From Macrostomum hystrix (lineage: Eukaryota > Animalia > Platyhelminthes), in assembly GCA_950097015.1 (NCBI GenBank), contig CATNEN010000001.1, positions 21,638,001-21,702,000 on the forward strand: a stretch of DNA of 64,000 nucleotides. Direction: 5' to 3'. A program made the translations under genes and the position numbers. Below the pieces are notes generated by a model that made no database searches, was not told the origin of the DNA, and saw only the letters and a list, made by a program, of their open reading frames with translations. Shown here one piece after another: positions 39,490-52,750 of this stretch (position 1 is its first letter; each line of letters starts with the position of its first letter).

Positions 39490-40270
39490 ATGGGAGAAAG
39501 GAAGAAGGGAAGAAGGGGAGAAAGGAAGAAGGGAAGAAGGGGAGAAAGGAAGAAGGGAAGAAGGGGAGAAAGGAAGAAGGGAAGAAGGGGAGAAAGGAAG
39601 AAGGGAAGAAGGGGAGAAAGGAAGAAGGGAAGAAGGGGAGAAAGGAAGAAGGGAAGAAGGGGAGAAAGGAAGAAGGGAAGAAGGGGAGAAAGGAAGAAGG
39701 GAAGAAGGGGAGAAAGGAAGAAGGGAAGAAGGGGAGAAAGGAAGAAGGGAAGAAGGGGAGAAAGGAAGAAGGGAAGAAGGGGAGAAAGGAAGAAGGGAAG
39801 AAGGGGAGAAAGGAAGAAGGGAAGAAGGGGAGAAAGGAAGAAGGGAAGAAGGGGAGAAAGGAAGAAGGGAAGAAGGGGAGAAAGGAAGAAGGGAAGAAGG
39901 GGAGAAAGGAAGAAGGGAAGAAGGGGAGAAAGGAAGAAGGGAAGAAGGGGAGAAAGGAAGAAGGGAAGAAGGGGAGAAAGGAAGAAGGGAAGAAGGGGAG
40001 AAAGGAAGAAGGGAAGAAGGGGAGAAAGGAAGAAGGGAAGAAGGGGAGAAAGGAAGAAGGGAAGAAGGGGAGAAAGGAAGAAGGGAAGAAGGGGAGAAAG
40101 GAAGAAGGGAAGAAGGGGAAAAGAAGAAGGGAAGAAAGGAAGAAGGGAAGAAGGGGAGAAAGGAAGAAGGGAAGTAGGGGAGAAAGGAAGAAGGCAAGAA
40201 GGGGAGAAACGAAAAAGGAGAGAGGAGAAGGGAAGAAGAGGAGAAGGGAAGAAGAGGAGAAGGAGAGAAA
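39490..40270 (+). repeat. Polypurine 24-bp repeat (ggagaaaggaagaagggaagaagg)n
   Basis: Perfect 24-bp period. Confidence 0.95.
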
Positions 40271-40787
40271 GCTATCCTAAAGCAATTTCAATGATCCCAT
40301 AGTGATTAGGTCATGACAGTATGGGCGAGAAATCATTGACAGTCGCTATGGCTACCATCAAAACAACACTGCTAGTACTGCATTGGCACATAAAAAAACG
40401 CAGCAAATTGCGGAAACGCACAATGGGAATTCACTATACGCTGCTGCTAGTTTTGTTTTCAACTTCCTCACGATGGCCATTGTTCTTCGCCATAGAAGCC
40501 TCTGTTTTATGGTTTTTTAGCCGAAAAAAAACTTTCTTTCGATTTTACTCGCCATTCATTTGTTGGAGCAGGCAGCTCAACTTCCGGCCAAGTCGCTTTT
40601 TTGGGCGAGAAATTTTGTCGCTCAGGTGTTAAAAAGCGAATTTTTCACTTGGTAACGACTGACTGGGTATAGTCAGCTGACTGGTAGAGTGCTATCCACT
40701 TTTTGGCTGCTTGTTGGAATGTTAAAAACCAACGTTTATTGTTGAATTCAATGGCAGGCAAACATATGTGATGCTGCTCTGGCAAAT

Positions 40788-41390
40788 GAGGGAGAGAGTT
40801 TGGGGGAGAATGTGAGAGAGAGAATGGTAGGGAAGGAATGGGAGGGAGAGAATGGGAGGGAGAGAATGAGAGGGAGAGAATGAGAGGGAGAGAATGGGAG
40901 GGAGAGAGTGGGAGGGAGAGAATGGGAGGGAGAGAATAGAAGGGAGAGAATGGGAGGGAGAGAATGAGAGGGAGAGAATAGAAGGGAGAGAATGGGAGGG
41001 AGAGAATGAGAGGGAGAGAATGAGAGGGAGAGAATGGGAGGGAGAGAATGGGAGGGAGAGAATAGGAGGGAGAGAATGGGAGGGAGAGAATGGGAGGGAG
41101 AGAATGGGAAGGAGAGAATGGGAGGGAGAGAATGGGAGGGAGAGAATGAGAGGGAGAGAATGGGAGGGAGAGAATGGGAAGGAGAGAATGGGAGGGAGAG
41201 AATGAGAGGGAGAGAATCGTAATGGAGAGAATGGGAGGGAGACAATGGGAGGTATAGAAAAGGGGAGGGAGAGAATGGGGGGAGAGAGTTGGAGGGGAAG
41301 AGGACAGAAGGGGAGGGGAGAATGTTTGGGAAATATTGGAAGGGAAGAGAATGAGAGAGGGAAGATAATCGAAGGGGAGATTGAGGAGAA
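40788..41390 (+). repeat. Purine-rich 14-bp repeat (gggagagaatggga)n
   Basis: Direct reading. Confidence 0.92.
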
Positions 41391-44300
41391 AATTGTGAGG
41401 ATTTTCTGTCATCTAGATATGGGACAGAAGCCTTTAGCGTTCAGACAGTCAGCAAAGTGACAATGTACCTAAAGCATACATTTTCGCGTCCTTCTCACAC
41501 GTTCCTGATGACATGAAATTGAATTTGGTCAACACAGGCAAGCTTAATAGCTTTATGAGATCCAGCAAAATAACAAATTCAGGTTTAAAGGAGCAACACT
41601 CAGAGGAGGGATAATTGCAAATAAACATGGTCAAATGCGACAAATTCGGTTCGCTGTCTGTCGCGCTGAATTTGGATCCTTTAGAGTTGGATTTTTGATG
41701 ACGCAATGGACAACCCTCCGGATCCCTTCAGTCTCCTCCTTATCGACAATCAGCCGTCAACGGGTCCGCTAGCATTTCTCCCCATCAAATCCCGTGTCAG
41801 AATCAATTAGTTATCTCACCTTGTATTTTTACACGCGTGTGTGCAAGACTTTTTGCAATGCGAAATTCGAATGATGGCAGGCTTAATATTATTATATTGC
41901 GTTGAATTTCCGGATTAATTTAAAATTAACAGTTTGGAATGCAAGACCCATAGATTCCTAGTGTCTACTGTTCGAGCGCTGCCTGAGAATTTATTATAGG
42001 GCATATAATAATTTTGGGAGTCCTTCTATAGCTGCAGGATTTTATCAGTGCAGCTGGAATGCGTCATGCACACACAGACACGTGCAGTGTATTAAAAACA
42101 GCTTCTGCAGCCTATACTGATCCACTGGCTGAGGTGAATGGAAGATAAAATAGCGTTTAGAGGATATCACTTCTGCGCGATGATGAGATAAGAGGAAATC
42201 GGGTGGCTAGGCGGAGAGAGTAAAATAACTTATAATATTATAACTCGAAGGCTTAGGACTATATAGGAGCTATAAGTGTTGCGTGCTAGTTCTTGAAATA
42301 ATAAACTTTCACTTCTAATGGCGACAGTTACGACGAAGTATATTAGTAGCGCGACGCTTTTGGACAAAATGATGACGAAAACCGTTTAAAATATAATATA
42401 TTATATTATTACAGCTGCTTAAGTGAAAATCTGCTGAGTAATACAGCCCATCTTCAACAATAATAAATTTTGCATTCAAGCAGAGGTGTCTACTACTATA
42501 CTATACTTACTCACTGAGCTTTAAAGCAACTGCGTATATATATAATATTTAGTCTTAAAATATTGTACTAAGGAGACTATTTTATTACTTAAAATTGACA
42601 CCCTTACGTGCATGGACTTTAGTTAGATGCAGTAAAAAGAAATAATGCATTGTAGATTTGCTTCGAAATTCATGTTTATCTCACAACGATTAATTGTTAT
42701 CTAATATAAAAAAACAGCAAAAGCACATCCATTTTATGGTAAAAATTAGATGTTTCCCCATTGTATCACTTATCAATTTTATTAATTTGTCCATTCGTTT
42801 TATTTAGCGCGGACTAAAGTCGCCAGTGTCCATTTTGTGACGCGATAAACTCCTAAAAAACTTCGTCGACCTAGAACGGGAAGTACGAAATTTTAAAAGG
42901 TAGTGGACTTAAGCTTCACGACCCTTTTATATACGTTTTGTGTTGGCTTCATACTATATATCTATGAACACGCGAATGAAGTTTTAAGCGACAATGGGTG
43001 TTCGAGCCATACATTTTTGTGCAAATTTCTTTTATTATAGCTTGAAACGCAAAAAGCTCAAAGTTCTTGCAGTGTTTGTACCTGGTTATACGACAAAAGA
43101 TCCCCAGCCCTATTTTCGAATATTTTTATATGCCATTCAGTTATTTAAGTAAAGTAGGGAGAAATATGGAAATAATGAAAACAAAATTTCAAAATGCGTG
43201 ACAAAAAGTCAACTAAACCACTATAGATTGTGTGAATCTCCGGAATAATAATAAATTCGGCTCTAACGTTTATAACAAAAGTTAACAAAGAGAACTAAAT
43301 ATATGAATAGCATCGAAATATTTTGCTAATTATTTTTGCATTAAAAATTGTTTATCTTTTTTAACGTACAAATTTGTATTCTGCGAGCAGGTTTCCCTAC
43401 TGGAAATGCTTGCAGCTTGCAGGCAAGCAAGCAAGCCAATTCGATTGTTCTTGATATTATAGTGTTTTTTAGTGTCTAGTAAAATGTGGATATGTGCGAT
43501 GCAAAATCAAGGACCACTACTCCTAGTAGTGGCTATAATCTGCTGTGCAAGCCCTGCTCAACATAGGCGTGAAGGCTATACAACTGTATGAAGGGCGCCC
43601 TGACAACCTGGTTAATAAACCATGAAGCCAAATAATTGTCAAACTTTGTAGGACTGTTAACTCTTGCTATTTTTCAGTCCTACCAATTTATATATAGCTT
43701 ATGTAGCCTATATTGCATAGGCTATTTAGCATAGGTAGTGCAATGAATTAAATGCTAAAGCCAAAGCCTATCATTTGCATTTGCACCTCGTAGCTGAAGG
43801 TGCTAAATCAGTGCAAACTCTAGTCAATATGCGACTTATTTATTGGTTTTTAATATTACTCATATATAATTATATATATTTTTATATTCTTTATTAAAAC
43901 AAAAGCAACCATAAATATTCAAACAAGTACATACTATTGCTAATACTAAATAGTAAGTGGGTAGTGAAATGATACAGGCCTAGTCTGAACCTGAATAGGC
44001 CTACATACATGGAAAACGAATAGAAATAACACATAAAAATCTTGATCATGTTGGGTGCATGCCAGAAAAAAATTATAAGGTTGCAGTGCATGCTAAACAT
44101 GTTTATTTTGTATGCTTAAAAATGTTGACAAAATTTAAAATCTGATTAATGAACAATAAACAATCTAAATGTTCTTTTGTCAACAACCTTTATTACCTAC
44201 TTGTTTCTTAGTCATTAGTGCTACAAGCGTACTTGTGTATTTTAGGTTACTTGTTGTTATTGTTGTTTGGCCACAGTCCATCCATTTTTCTAGATAGCTG

Positions 44301-46084
44301 TAGCTAGGCCTAAGCACCATTTGTAGCCTCCAATGCCAGGCTTCCATGGTTTGGTAGATTTACCCAAGCATTTGCCTAGGCCTACACATGTTCCAAACCA
44401 GGATAAGATATCTTGGCTTTCTCTTGGCACAATGTGGTAACCGGTGACTATCAGGTTTAACTAGTGTTTACTAGTGTTGTTATTTAAAAAAAGACTAGTT
44501 CATAAATGATCTCTGGGCCCCAAGGAACAGAGTGGTGAGAGGGCCAAGAGGCTGTCTTCATGGCCAACAAGTGGTCAGTTTTAACAAGTGCTATATACTC
44601 AAGCGTCATATCAGAAGCATGTAAGCAAAACAAGACACTAAAAACAAAGGCCCCAAGACATTATGTTGTTACTGCAAAATAACTTATCAGGTAGCACTGT
44701 TTCTTTTGTGCACTTTGTGCAAATAAACATGTATTGAAACTTAGGGATAAGAAAAAACACTCATTGTGTTTAGACTTTTTTTACAGATGCAGAAGAATAG
44801 GTCACATTTGGAGGAAACACTAAACCATACATGCGCAACCTCCCAAATCTTAGCCAGCCGTGCAACTTAGTTTTTGCTCTCATTTGTGACTTAGTTCGTT
44901 TCATTGCTCTATTTACAACTTAGTTTGCTCTAATTTGCTCTCTTTTTCTCTCCCCTTTTTCCTTTTCTTCACACCTTCCTTTTTTGTCCCTTGGTCACCC
45001 CTTCGTTTTTTTGCGCTTGGTCGATTGGTTTTTGCGACTGACCTTGATTGGCCCGTTTCACCCGCCCAGTTTGGCTGGGTCGGCCGGGTGTTGCGCATGT
45101 ATGCACTAAACCAGCAGGAAAACTTGTCTTCTGGCAGAAAACATCATTTCATAAATTTTATCTAATCCTTAGTATAATCCTAACTAAAATCCTAACTAGA
45201 ATTCCAATTAAAATCCCAATTAGACACCTTAGCTTACTTTTTTACAATTGGTAAAGAACACTTCATTAACAAAGTTATCAATAAGGAATAGAAAAAATTG
45301 CTACTCATCCATAATACACTGCATAATTTCATGTGTTAGATAGATGTTTCTTATAATTTAAAAGTCCATGAAAAAACAAATCCATGAAAAATATGAATAA
45401 CTTGAAAAAAGCCTACTTGCCTAAGTTAAAATACAGAATATATGTTTCTTCCATCCTTATTGTGGATACTTTTTGAATTATTGACCTGCACCACTTGGGA
45501 TAAAAACTGCCTTAAAAATATATAAAATGATTTTTTTTCAGGCAAGTTAAGTGTACAGTCATTACATGATTACTATTACTATTTTTTATATTACTATGCA
45601 CACACAAAAGGGTGTTTTTTGTAAATTCATGATAAACTATGAAAAGTTAAAATACAATTTCTAATTTCCTTTGCTGAACAAACATATGAATATTAAAATC
45701 TGATATTAAAGGCTTTTATATTAAATTATTGCTTCTTAAATATCAATTGATACTTAGATCTTAAGAATGTTGCCATCTCAATCCATATAGTAAATACTTT
45801 CATAGCTTTGATTACCAAAACAAAGTGTAGTTAATACATCTGCCTTGTGTTTAATTTGGTGTATCATAGCAACTGCATTAACATATAGTGACCCTCTCTA
45901 TCAATTGCAGCATATAATGCTTTATTATCGTTAGATAAATATGAAATAAAGTAAATTAATATCATTGGATTTAAGACAATTATTGCTTCACTTTTCTATT
46001 CTTATCTAAGCTTTAGTTGTCCTGATAAAGTTAGACAAAACAGAATGACTAAAATGCTTCAAACTGTACGATTAAACAATTCAG

Positions 46085-46708
46085 TCTACACCAGTGCACC
46101 AGCCACAGGCCACATCGCCGCCGCTGCAACATCAGCATCTGGCGGGCACGCCATCTTCAACACCCACTCCGACACCACCCTCCACACCACATCAGCAGCA
46201 GCAGCAGGCAACTCAACCAACTCTTTCCAATCAAACTTCATCTCCCACTAGCACCTCTACCGCTACACCATCGACGCAATCATCTTCGAATCCCAGTCAG
46301 CAGCAGTCGCGCTCCCGCACTCGCATTGGCCTGCATCCAGACTCTGCCGCCGTCGGTAGCGGCGGTGCCACCGGTGGCGGCGGCTCTCCGTCGGCCAACA
46401 AGCGGCCGCTGCGCCAGTGGTCTGTTGACGAAGTGGGCGACTGGCTGGCTAGGCGCGGCGGGTCGGTGTGCATCAAGTATGTGAGCAGATTCAAGGAGCA
46501 CCAGATATCCGGCCTAGCCATTCCGCTCATGAACAATGCCCGCCTGCTGCTAATGGGAGTCAGCTCGTCATCTGACAGAGACGAACTGATGCGGCACATT
46601 ATGCGGCTGAGGCTGAAGTACGCCTCCATTGAATTGCAGCAGGTTAGCGACATTGCTAAGACTGGCGCTGCCGCCTCCTCTAGGCCCATTGTTAGGCATC
46701 ACACATGA
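46085..46708 (+). CDS. Terminal exon of an Aveugle/HYP (SAMD10/SAMD12-like) SAM-domain protein; 5' exon not located
   Basis: Acceptor ttcag at 46084 with an in-frame TAA just upstream; the SAM WSVDEVGDWL..Y...FKEHQISG..LLLMGV....DRDELMRHIMRLRLK fits the Aveugle pattern as I recall it. Confidence 0.75.
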   Translation, partial: STPVHQPQATSPPLQHQHLAGTPSSTPTPTPPSTPHQQQQQATQPTLSNQTSSPTSTSTATPSTQSSSNPSQQQSRSRTRIGLHPDSAAVGSGGATGGGGSPSANKRPLRQWSVDEVGDWLARRGGSVCIKYVSRFKEHQISGLAIPLMNNARLLLMGVSSSSDRDELMRHIMRLRLKYASIELQQVSDIAKTGAAASSRPIVRHHT

Positions 46709-46787
46709 TCCAGGCCTTACGGAGCCCTTTAGTCATATTGTACACTTGCATACTGAAGTCGTGCATATTGGTGCACGTGCGAGGAGG

Positions 46788-47008
46788 TAATAAATAATGA
46801 TAATATTTGCAGGGAGGGCTGCGGGCAATGGCACATTATTTGGTGACACTAGACCCGCAGCCAGCGAGGAGGCAATTCTGCCCATTTCGCTGACTCCTGA
46901 GCACACACTCTAACAGATACCGTTCACAGGGTGCACGCCAAATGGTGTGTCCATCTGCCCTGACTTTCTCATTGTCGAAGTTTGTCCCTCAAGGTCGTAA
47001 ATTGCAAG
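46788..47008 (-). mobile_element. SINE family A, 5'-truncated, antisense just downstream of the SAM gene stop
   Basis: Reverse complement matches ~15700-15925 (tgtgccattgcccgcagccctcc plus tail). Confidence 0.85.
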
Positions 47009-47011
47009 GGT

Positions 47012-47240
47012 AAAGGGTCTTGGGTTCGATTCCCGACTCCGTTTATATATTTTTATCAATATACTTAACTCTGGCTGGCTTCAGCTGACCCAGCTGTTAA
47101 ATTGGTACCAGCATCAGCTGGGCTAATTAAGGGTGGGTGATAGGTGTGACGTCCCCCACCAGTCCATGGACTGAACTGATGTACACAGTCTTTGGATGCG
47201 CCACGCAATAGCTAATGCTGTACTAACTGAGTGTACTTTA
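47012..47240 (+). mobile_element. SINE family B (CORE) copy
   Basis: B box ggttcgattcccgactcc; acttaactctg..cttcagctgacccagctgttaaattgg; cagtccatggactg in the tail. Confidence 0.75.
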
Positions 47241-47904
47241 GGCCCAACTGGGCTAGGTGTTTTTTAATGTACTTTTACTTCACAAATGCGATTATGTAAT
47301 TATGTAACGAAATTGTTTTTGCATTTTATACTTGCCTTCTTGCTACTGAAAAATGTCGAACTGTTTGTCGTAAATATTTTTCAATTAGAGAGAAATTTTG
47401 TAGTTATGCACAGTTCTACTGACAATGAGGAGACAAACAATACATAAGAAGCAGGTAAACTATTAGTTTTCTGCTCTTTTTGTTAGTAAAGTGTCTTTAT
47501 TTAAATTTTCTATACGTCTACTTATTTCTTAAAAAATCCTTTACTGACAGCAACGAATTGTCACAATAGCGACCTCAGATAAAAGTACACTTGCGTATTA
47601 ATGATCAGAATCTTTTTTAATGTAACTACATGTCGTAAACTAGTTTTTTAATGACTGTTGTCTGGTCAGCAAACACCAAAATATATTGATAAGAATTACG
47701 TGTCTTAATCAATCGATTGCTTTAAACCGTATACTGTCTGTTTACATATATGCTCCGAATGTATTGATTAAATGCGATCATTGTGATGTTTTGATGTTTG
47801 TTTTATTGAAGACACACCAAAAACCGCATTATAGGCAGCTTTTTTACAGAAAAGCTCGACGTAAACTTTCTAGATAAGCATTTTGTGTCTTTTTCTTTCT
47901 ATCC

Positions 47905-48400
47905 CTCATTCCCCTTAATCCTTCTCCCATCTACCCCTTAATCCTTCTCCAATCTACCCCTTGATCCTTCTCCAATCTACCCCTCAATCCTTCTCCAATC
48001 TACCCCTCAATCCTTCTCCAATCTACCCCTCAATCCTTCTCCAATCTACCCCTCAATCCTTCTCCAATCTACCCCTCAATCTTTCTCCCATCTACCCCTC
48101 AATCCTTCTCCAATCTACCCCTTAATCTTTCTCCCATGTACCCCTTAATCCTTCTCCAATCTACCCCTTAATCCTTCTCCAATCTACCCCTTAATCCTTC
48201 TCCAATCTACCCCTTAATCCTTCTCCAATCTACCCCATAATCCTTCTCTAATCTACTCCTAATCCTTCTCCAATCTACCCCTTAATCCTTCTCCAATCTA
48301 CCCCATAATCCTTCTCCAATCTACCCCTAATCCTTCTCCAATCTACCCCATAATCCTTCTCCCATCTACCTAATAATCCTTCTCCAATCTACCTCAAAAT
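47905..48400. repeat. 23-bp minisatellite (aatccttctccaatctacccct(c/t))n
   Basis: Direct reading. Confidence 0.95.
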
Positions 48401-48577
48401 TTACCTATCTGATTTACTAATTTGATTTCCCGTTTCCAGCCAAGCCGGGCACTGGTTGCCGGCAGTCACTTATCGCAGCAGAGCAGCTCACCAAGTGCAT
48501 GGGCGTAGAGTAACTCTGGCTGAAGCCGCTTTGCCGAACGAAGGAAGACGTCAAGCAGGTTTCAGCATTGAACCACA

Positions 48578-51500
48578 ATGTCCCAGATTGCGTTGCCGTC
48601 TGCTTCAACAAGCGACAAGCCGCTGGCAGCTTCGAATGCCAAGCTGGAGCCAAAGTCGACTCCGCCGCCGTCTCCACCGCCGCAGCCGCTGCCGCCGCCG
48701 CCGCCGCTTCTACCCCATCCGCAGAATGTGATTGGCCAATCACAGGCTCTCACTGGCACGATTGTCTCTGAAGTACCCGCTGCTGCAGCCTGTCACATTG
48801 ATCTGACATTGAACCCGGAGACTCCGCCACCGCCTCCAGTATTGACGTCTTCAACCGCAGCCATGGCTTCGGCGCCCGTTGTGTCCAATACGGCCAACAT
48901 GACGATGTCGAAGCCGCCACCGCCGATGCGTCCAGCGCCTCATCTGCAGCCGCAGCATCAGTTTGTTGCCGTGCTGAACTCCCAGCCGCAGTCACTGCAA
49001 CAGGTCCGGCCCAAGCCGATTCAACCGGCTTATAAGTCTGCGCAGGCATCGCAGCAGCCCCAGCCAATGCAGTCCACCCAGCCACCAGTTGCTATGCCAG
49101 TCGGCTCCAGGCAGATTGCGCCCATGCAGCAGCACGGCCAGTTGAAAGCCATTGCGCCTCAGACAGCCAGCCGGCAGCAGCAGCAGCAGCAGCAGCAGAT
49201 GCATTCCGCACAAGCCAGTCAGCAGCCCCAGCTGCACCAGCATCCTCACGCTGCCACCATGCAGACAGCCGGCTTCTGCTTCCCCACGGGACCAATGATG
49301 ATGGTGTACCCGCAGAGCATCATGGTCCAGTCCGCGCCTCTAGCCATTCACACTTCCCAGGGCTTCGTTGCGGCCTCGTTCGCTCCCGGCCCTCCGCCGC
49401 AGGCCGCGGCACCGGCTGCTTCTACAGCAACTAGCAATGCCACTTCCAATTCCATTGCAACGTCTTCGTCTGCGACGGTTGGCATCCCAACAATGGCTGG
49501 CGCGTCTATGGCGCAGCACGGGATGGCTGTGGCCGCCACTGCCGCAGCCTCATGCAGCTCCGTTCCCACTGTCTCCTCCTCGCTGCATTATCACAATCGT
49601 GCGTCGTCCGCAACAGCATCGTCTGCCGCATCTTCAGCTTCAAGTAGACAGTCTGACCAAGACGAGCAGCAGAAGAAGCAGCAGCAGCAACAACAGCAGC
49701 AGCATCAGCAAAGACTGTTTGATTTGAACCTGAGACCGCAGGAAAGCGCCCTGATATTGCAGCGCCTTGGCGGGCCAGCTTCCATCGCTTCGTCCGTGTT
49801 GGCCCCGGTCCCTCTGCCCGCCCCTGTTCATAATCCTGTTCTAAGTCCTGCTCCTACTCACAATACTCCTGCCGCTGTGGCGCAGATGACTAGCACCAGT
49901 CCGTTGAAGTCTCAGCAGGTGGTTGCTCCGGCAGCAGCGAAGCAGCCGCCGGTTCCGGTGCCTCCGCCGCCTCCTCCACCATCGTCGACTCCCATTGTGC
50001 CGAGCGGTCAGAAACTGGCGCAGCAGGAACAGCCGCAAACACGCATCCCAACTGGCCCACTTGTGGTGGTTGTGGAATCTGATGGCGCCAATTCTGCTAA
50101 TCAGCAGCAGCAGCAGCAACAGCAGCAAGTTATTAAAGATCGGGAGCAGAATTTTAGAGCCGAGCTGATGGTGTCAAATGAAGCCAGCGAAGCTGACGAC
50201 GATGAGGAACGAGATTTTGCCGCCACTGCTCAGCAGGATGGACCCGTGTCACTCACTGGTGGCTCCGATGCAGCGCCGGCCGGCCTGTCCTCGGCCATTG
50301 TTGAAGCCGATCCCGAGGCTAGCAACGGTGCCGCTAGCGTCATTGGCAACGGTTGCGTCATCAAGACTGAAGCTTTCGGCGTCAATAGCAACAATACAAA
50401 TTCTAACAACAGCAATAATAACAACAGTTGTGGCCATGAGCCAAAGGTTATCAAGCATCTGATTGATGGATTTGTTGTTCTGGAAAGCAATCAACCTTTT
50501 CCAGTGAGTGTCCTGTCTTTTACTGCCATTGTTGTGCTACTTGACTTGAATGCTGAGTACGGTTGTCTCATGAGTAGCTAGGTTTGTGTGAGTACAGTTG
50601 TCTCATGTGTGAGTACAGTTGTCTCATGTGTGAATACAGTTGTCTCATGTGTGAGTACAGTTGTCTCATATGTGAGTACAGTTGTCTCATATGTGAGTAC
50701 AGTTGTCTCATGTGTGAGTACAGTTGTCTCATATGTGAGTACAGTTGTCTCATGTGTGAGTACAATTGTGTTATAGGTGTTTATGCTTTTCTTAGGATTT
50801 TTATCTTAATTATCGTTTGACGAAAGCTTTTATCACCCAACCTTTGCCGCAGGTGAAGCGGCCTTACCCGGACGTGAACGGCTCCTCGGCAGCCGCCTAC
50901 GGGCCCAGCTTCAAAGTACTGAAAGCCACTGGCGGAATATCCAAGTCCATCAATCTGGACGGTGAGGAGGTAGAGCAGCCAACCTACGTCACGCTCAACT
51001 CTGTCGGCGCCCTGATGTGCGAATTCTGCGAGAAATTCAAGCCGTTCCAGACCTTCAAGGCCAGCAGGCGCTTCTGCTCGGTTAGCTGCGCCAGAAAGTA
51101 CAATGTCAGCAAGAAGGTGGAGAAGCAGCGATTGAAGAGAGAGGCGCCAATGTGTCACAATGTGAGCCGTGTTTCATTTCAGTTTGAGCTGAGAATCTGT
51201 TTGTGCCTAAGGTTTACCTGTTTTCTCCGCTTTCCCACCTCTCCGTCTCATCTCTCCCGTGTCTCATCTCTCACGTGTCTCATCTCTCACGTGTCTCATC
51301 TCTCCCGTGTCTCATCTCTCCCGTGTCTCATCTCTCCCGTGTCTCATCTCTCACGTGTCTCATCTCTCACGTGTCTCATCTCTCCCGTGTCTCATCTCTC
51401 CCGTGTCTCATCTCTCCTGCGTCTCATCTCTCCCATGTCTCATCTCTCCCCTGTCACGTCTCTCCCGTGTCTCATCTCTCCCGTGTCTCACCTCTACCGC

Positions 51501-52750
51501 GTCTCATCTCTACCGTGTCTCATCTCTCCCGTGTCTCATCTCTCCCATGTCTCATCTCTCCCCTGTCACGTCTCTCCCGTGTCACATCTCTCCTGTGTCT
51601 CATCTCTCCCCTGTCACGTCTCTCCCGTGTCACGTCTCTCCCGTGTCACATCTCTCCTGTGTCTCACCTCTACCGTGTCTCATCTCTCCCGTGTCTCATC
51701 TCTCCCGTGTCTCACCTCTACCGTGTCTCATCTCTCCCGTGTCTCATCTCTACCGTGTCTCATCTCTACCGCGTCTCATTTCTCCCCTGTCTTTTCTCTC
51801 CCCCGTGTCATTTCCCCATCTGAGAAATATCCTGGAAAGTATCTAAGACAGCATGACTAATGAGAAAGATATTATGAATAACAAGCTCTCAGCAACTGCT
51901 ATCGATAATTCCAAACGAACCACAGCCCGATGATGAGCAGCACCCGGACGAGCAGGATATGATTCCCCAGCAACCGAAGCAAGCGAAGTTCGAGCCCAAC
52001 GAGCAGCCGCAGCATCAGCAGCAGCAGCTATCGCCGCAGCAAACGCAAATCACAAATAGGCAATTGTCCAAGCACAAGAAGCATCACCAGAAACCCCAGC
52101 AGCAGCAGCAGAATACATCCAACACAGATAAGGACATCATCCCGGAGCCCGCGGCAGCGGATGACGACAATGACGGCAATACCAGCTGTGAGGGCAGCGC
52201 CTTGCTAGACCAGTTCTATCAGGAGGACAAGATGGATACTAATGATCAGCAGCTCACTGCAGTTGAGGATGCCTCTGACGAGCTGGGAGAAGTCACCGTG
52301 CCTCAGAATGAGTCACTAGGCGATCACGGCCGCGTAGATCTGGATCCCTGCGCCGCTAGCAACAACAGCAGCAGCAGCGGCAGGATTAAGCCTGAAGTTG
52401 ATTCTGTTGAAGCTGCCCGGCCGGCTGCAGTGTCCTCGCCTCCGCTACAGCCACCTCAGCAGCAACCGCAGCCGCAGCCACAGCCACCGGCGGTCCTTGA
52501 AAAGTCTCCACGCCCGGAGGTTCTGAACTGGACGGTGGCGGATGTCTTCCAGCTGGTGGCGTCAACGCCCGGCTGCGCTCCGTTCGCGCCGAACTTTCGC
52601 CAGCAGGAGATCGACGGCGAGGCCCTGCTGCTGTTGAAGGAGGAGAACCTGATGCGGCCGCCGCTCAGCATGAAGCTGGGACCCGCTCTGAAGCTGTCCG
52701 CTCGCATTGAAGAGGCCCGGGCCACCGTGCCACCCGACTTCTTTGCCTGA
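48578..52750 (+). CDS. ph: Polyhomeotic (PRC1 subunit) homolog, 3 coding exons
   Basis: Exons 48578-50503, 50853-51161, 51926 (or 51893)-52750, phase-0 GT-AG introns. Q/P-rich N-terminus, HD1 (VIKHLIDGFVVLESNQPFPV), FCS zinc finger (CEFC..RFCSVSCARKYN), C-terminal SAM (WTVADV..FRQQEIDGEALLLL..MKLGPALK). Confidence 0.93.
50553..50770. repeat. 21-bp minisatellite (gtgagtacagttgtctcat(g/a)t)n in ph intron 1
   Basis: Direct reading. Confidence 0.93.
51240..51815 (+). repeat. 16-bp minisatellite (gtgtctcatctctccc)n in ph intron 2
   Basis: Direct reading; same family as 57840-58296 in opposite orientation. Confidence 0.95.

Noticed and set aside
42815-43226. Possible MITE with imperfect TIRs (ttttgtgacgc / gcgtgacaaaa)
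   Set aside because: The match is too short and no second copy or TSD is visible.
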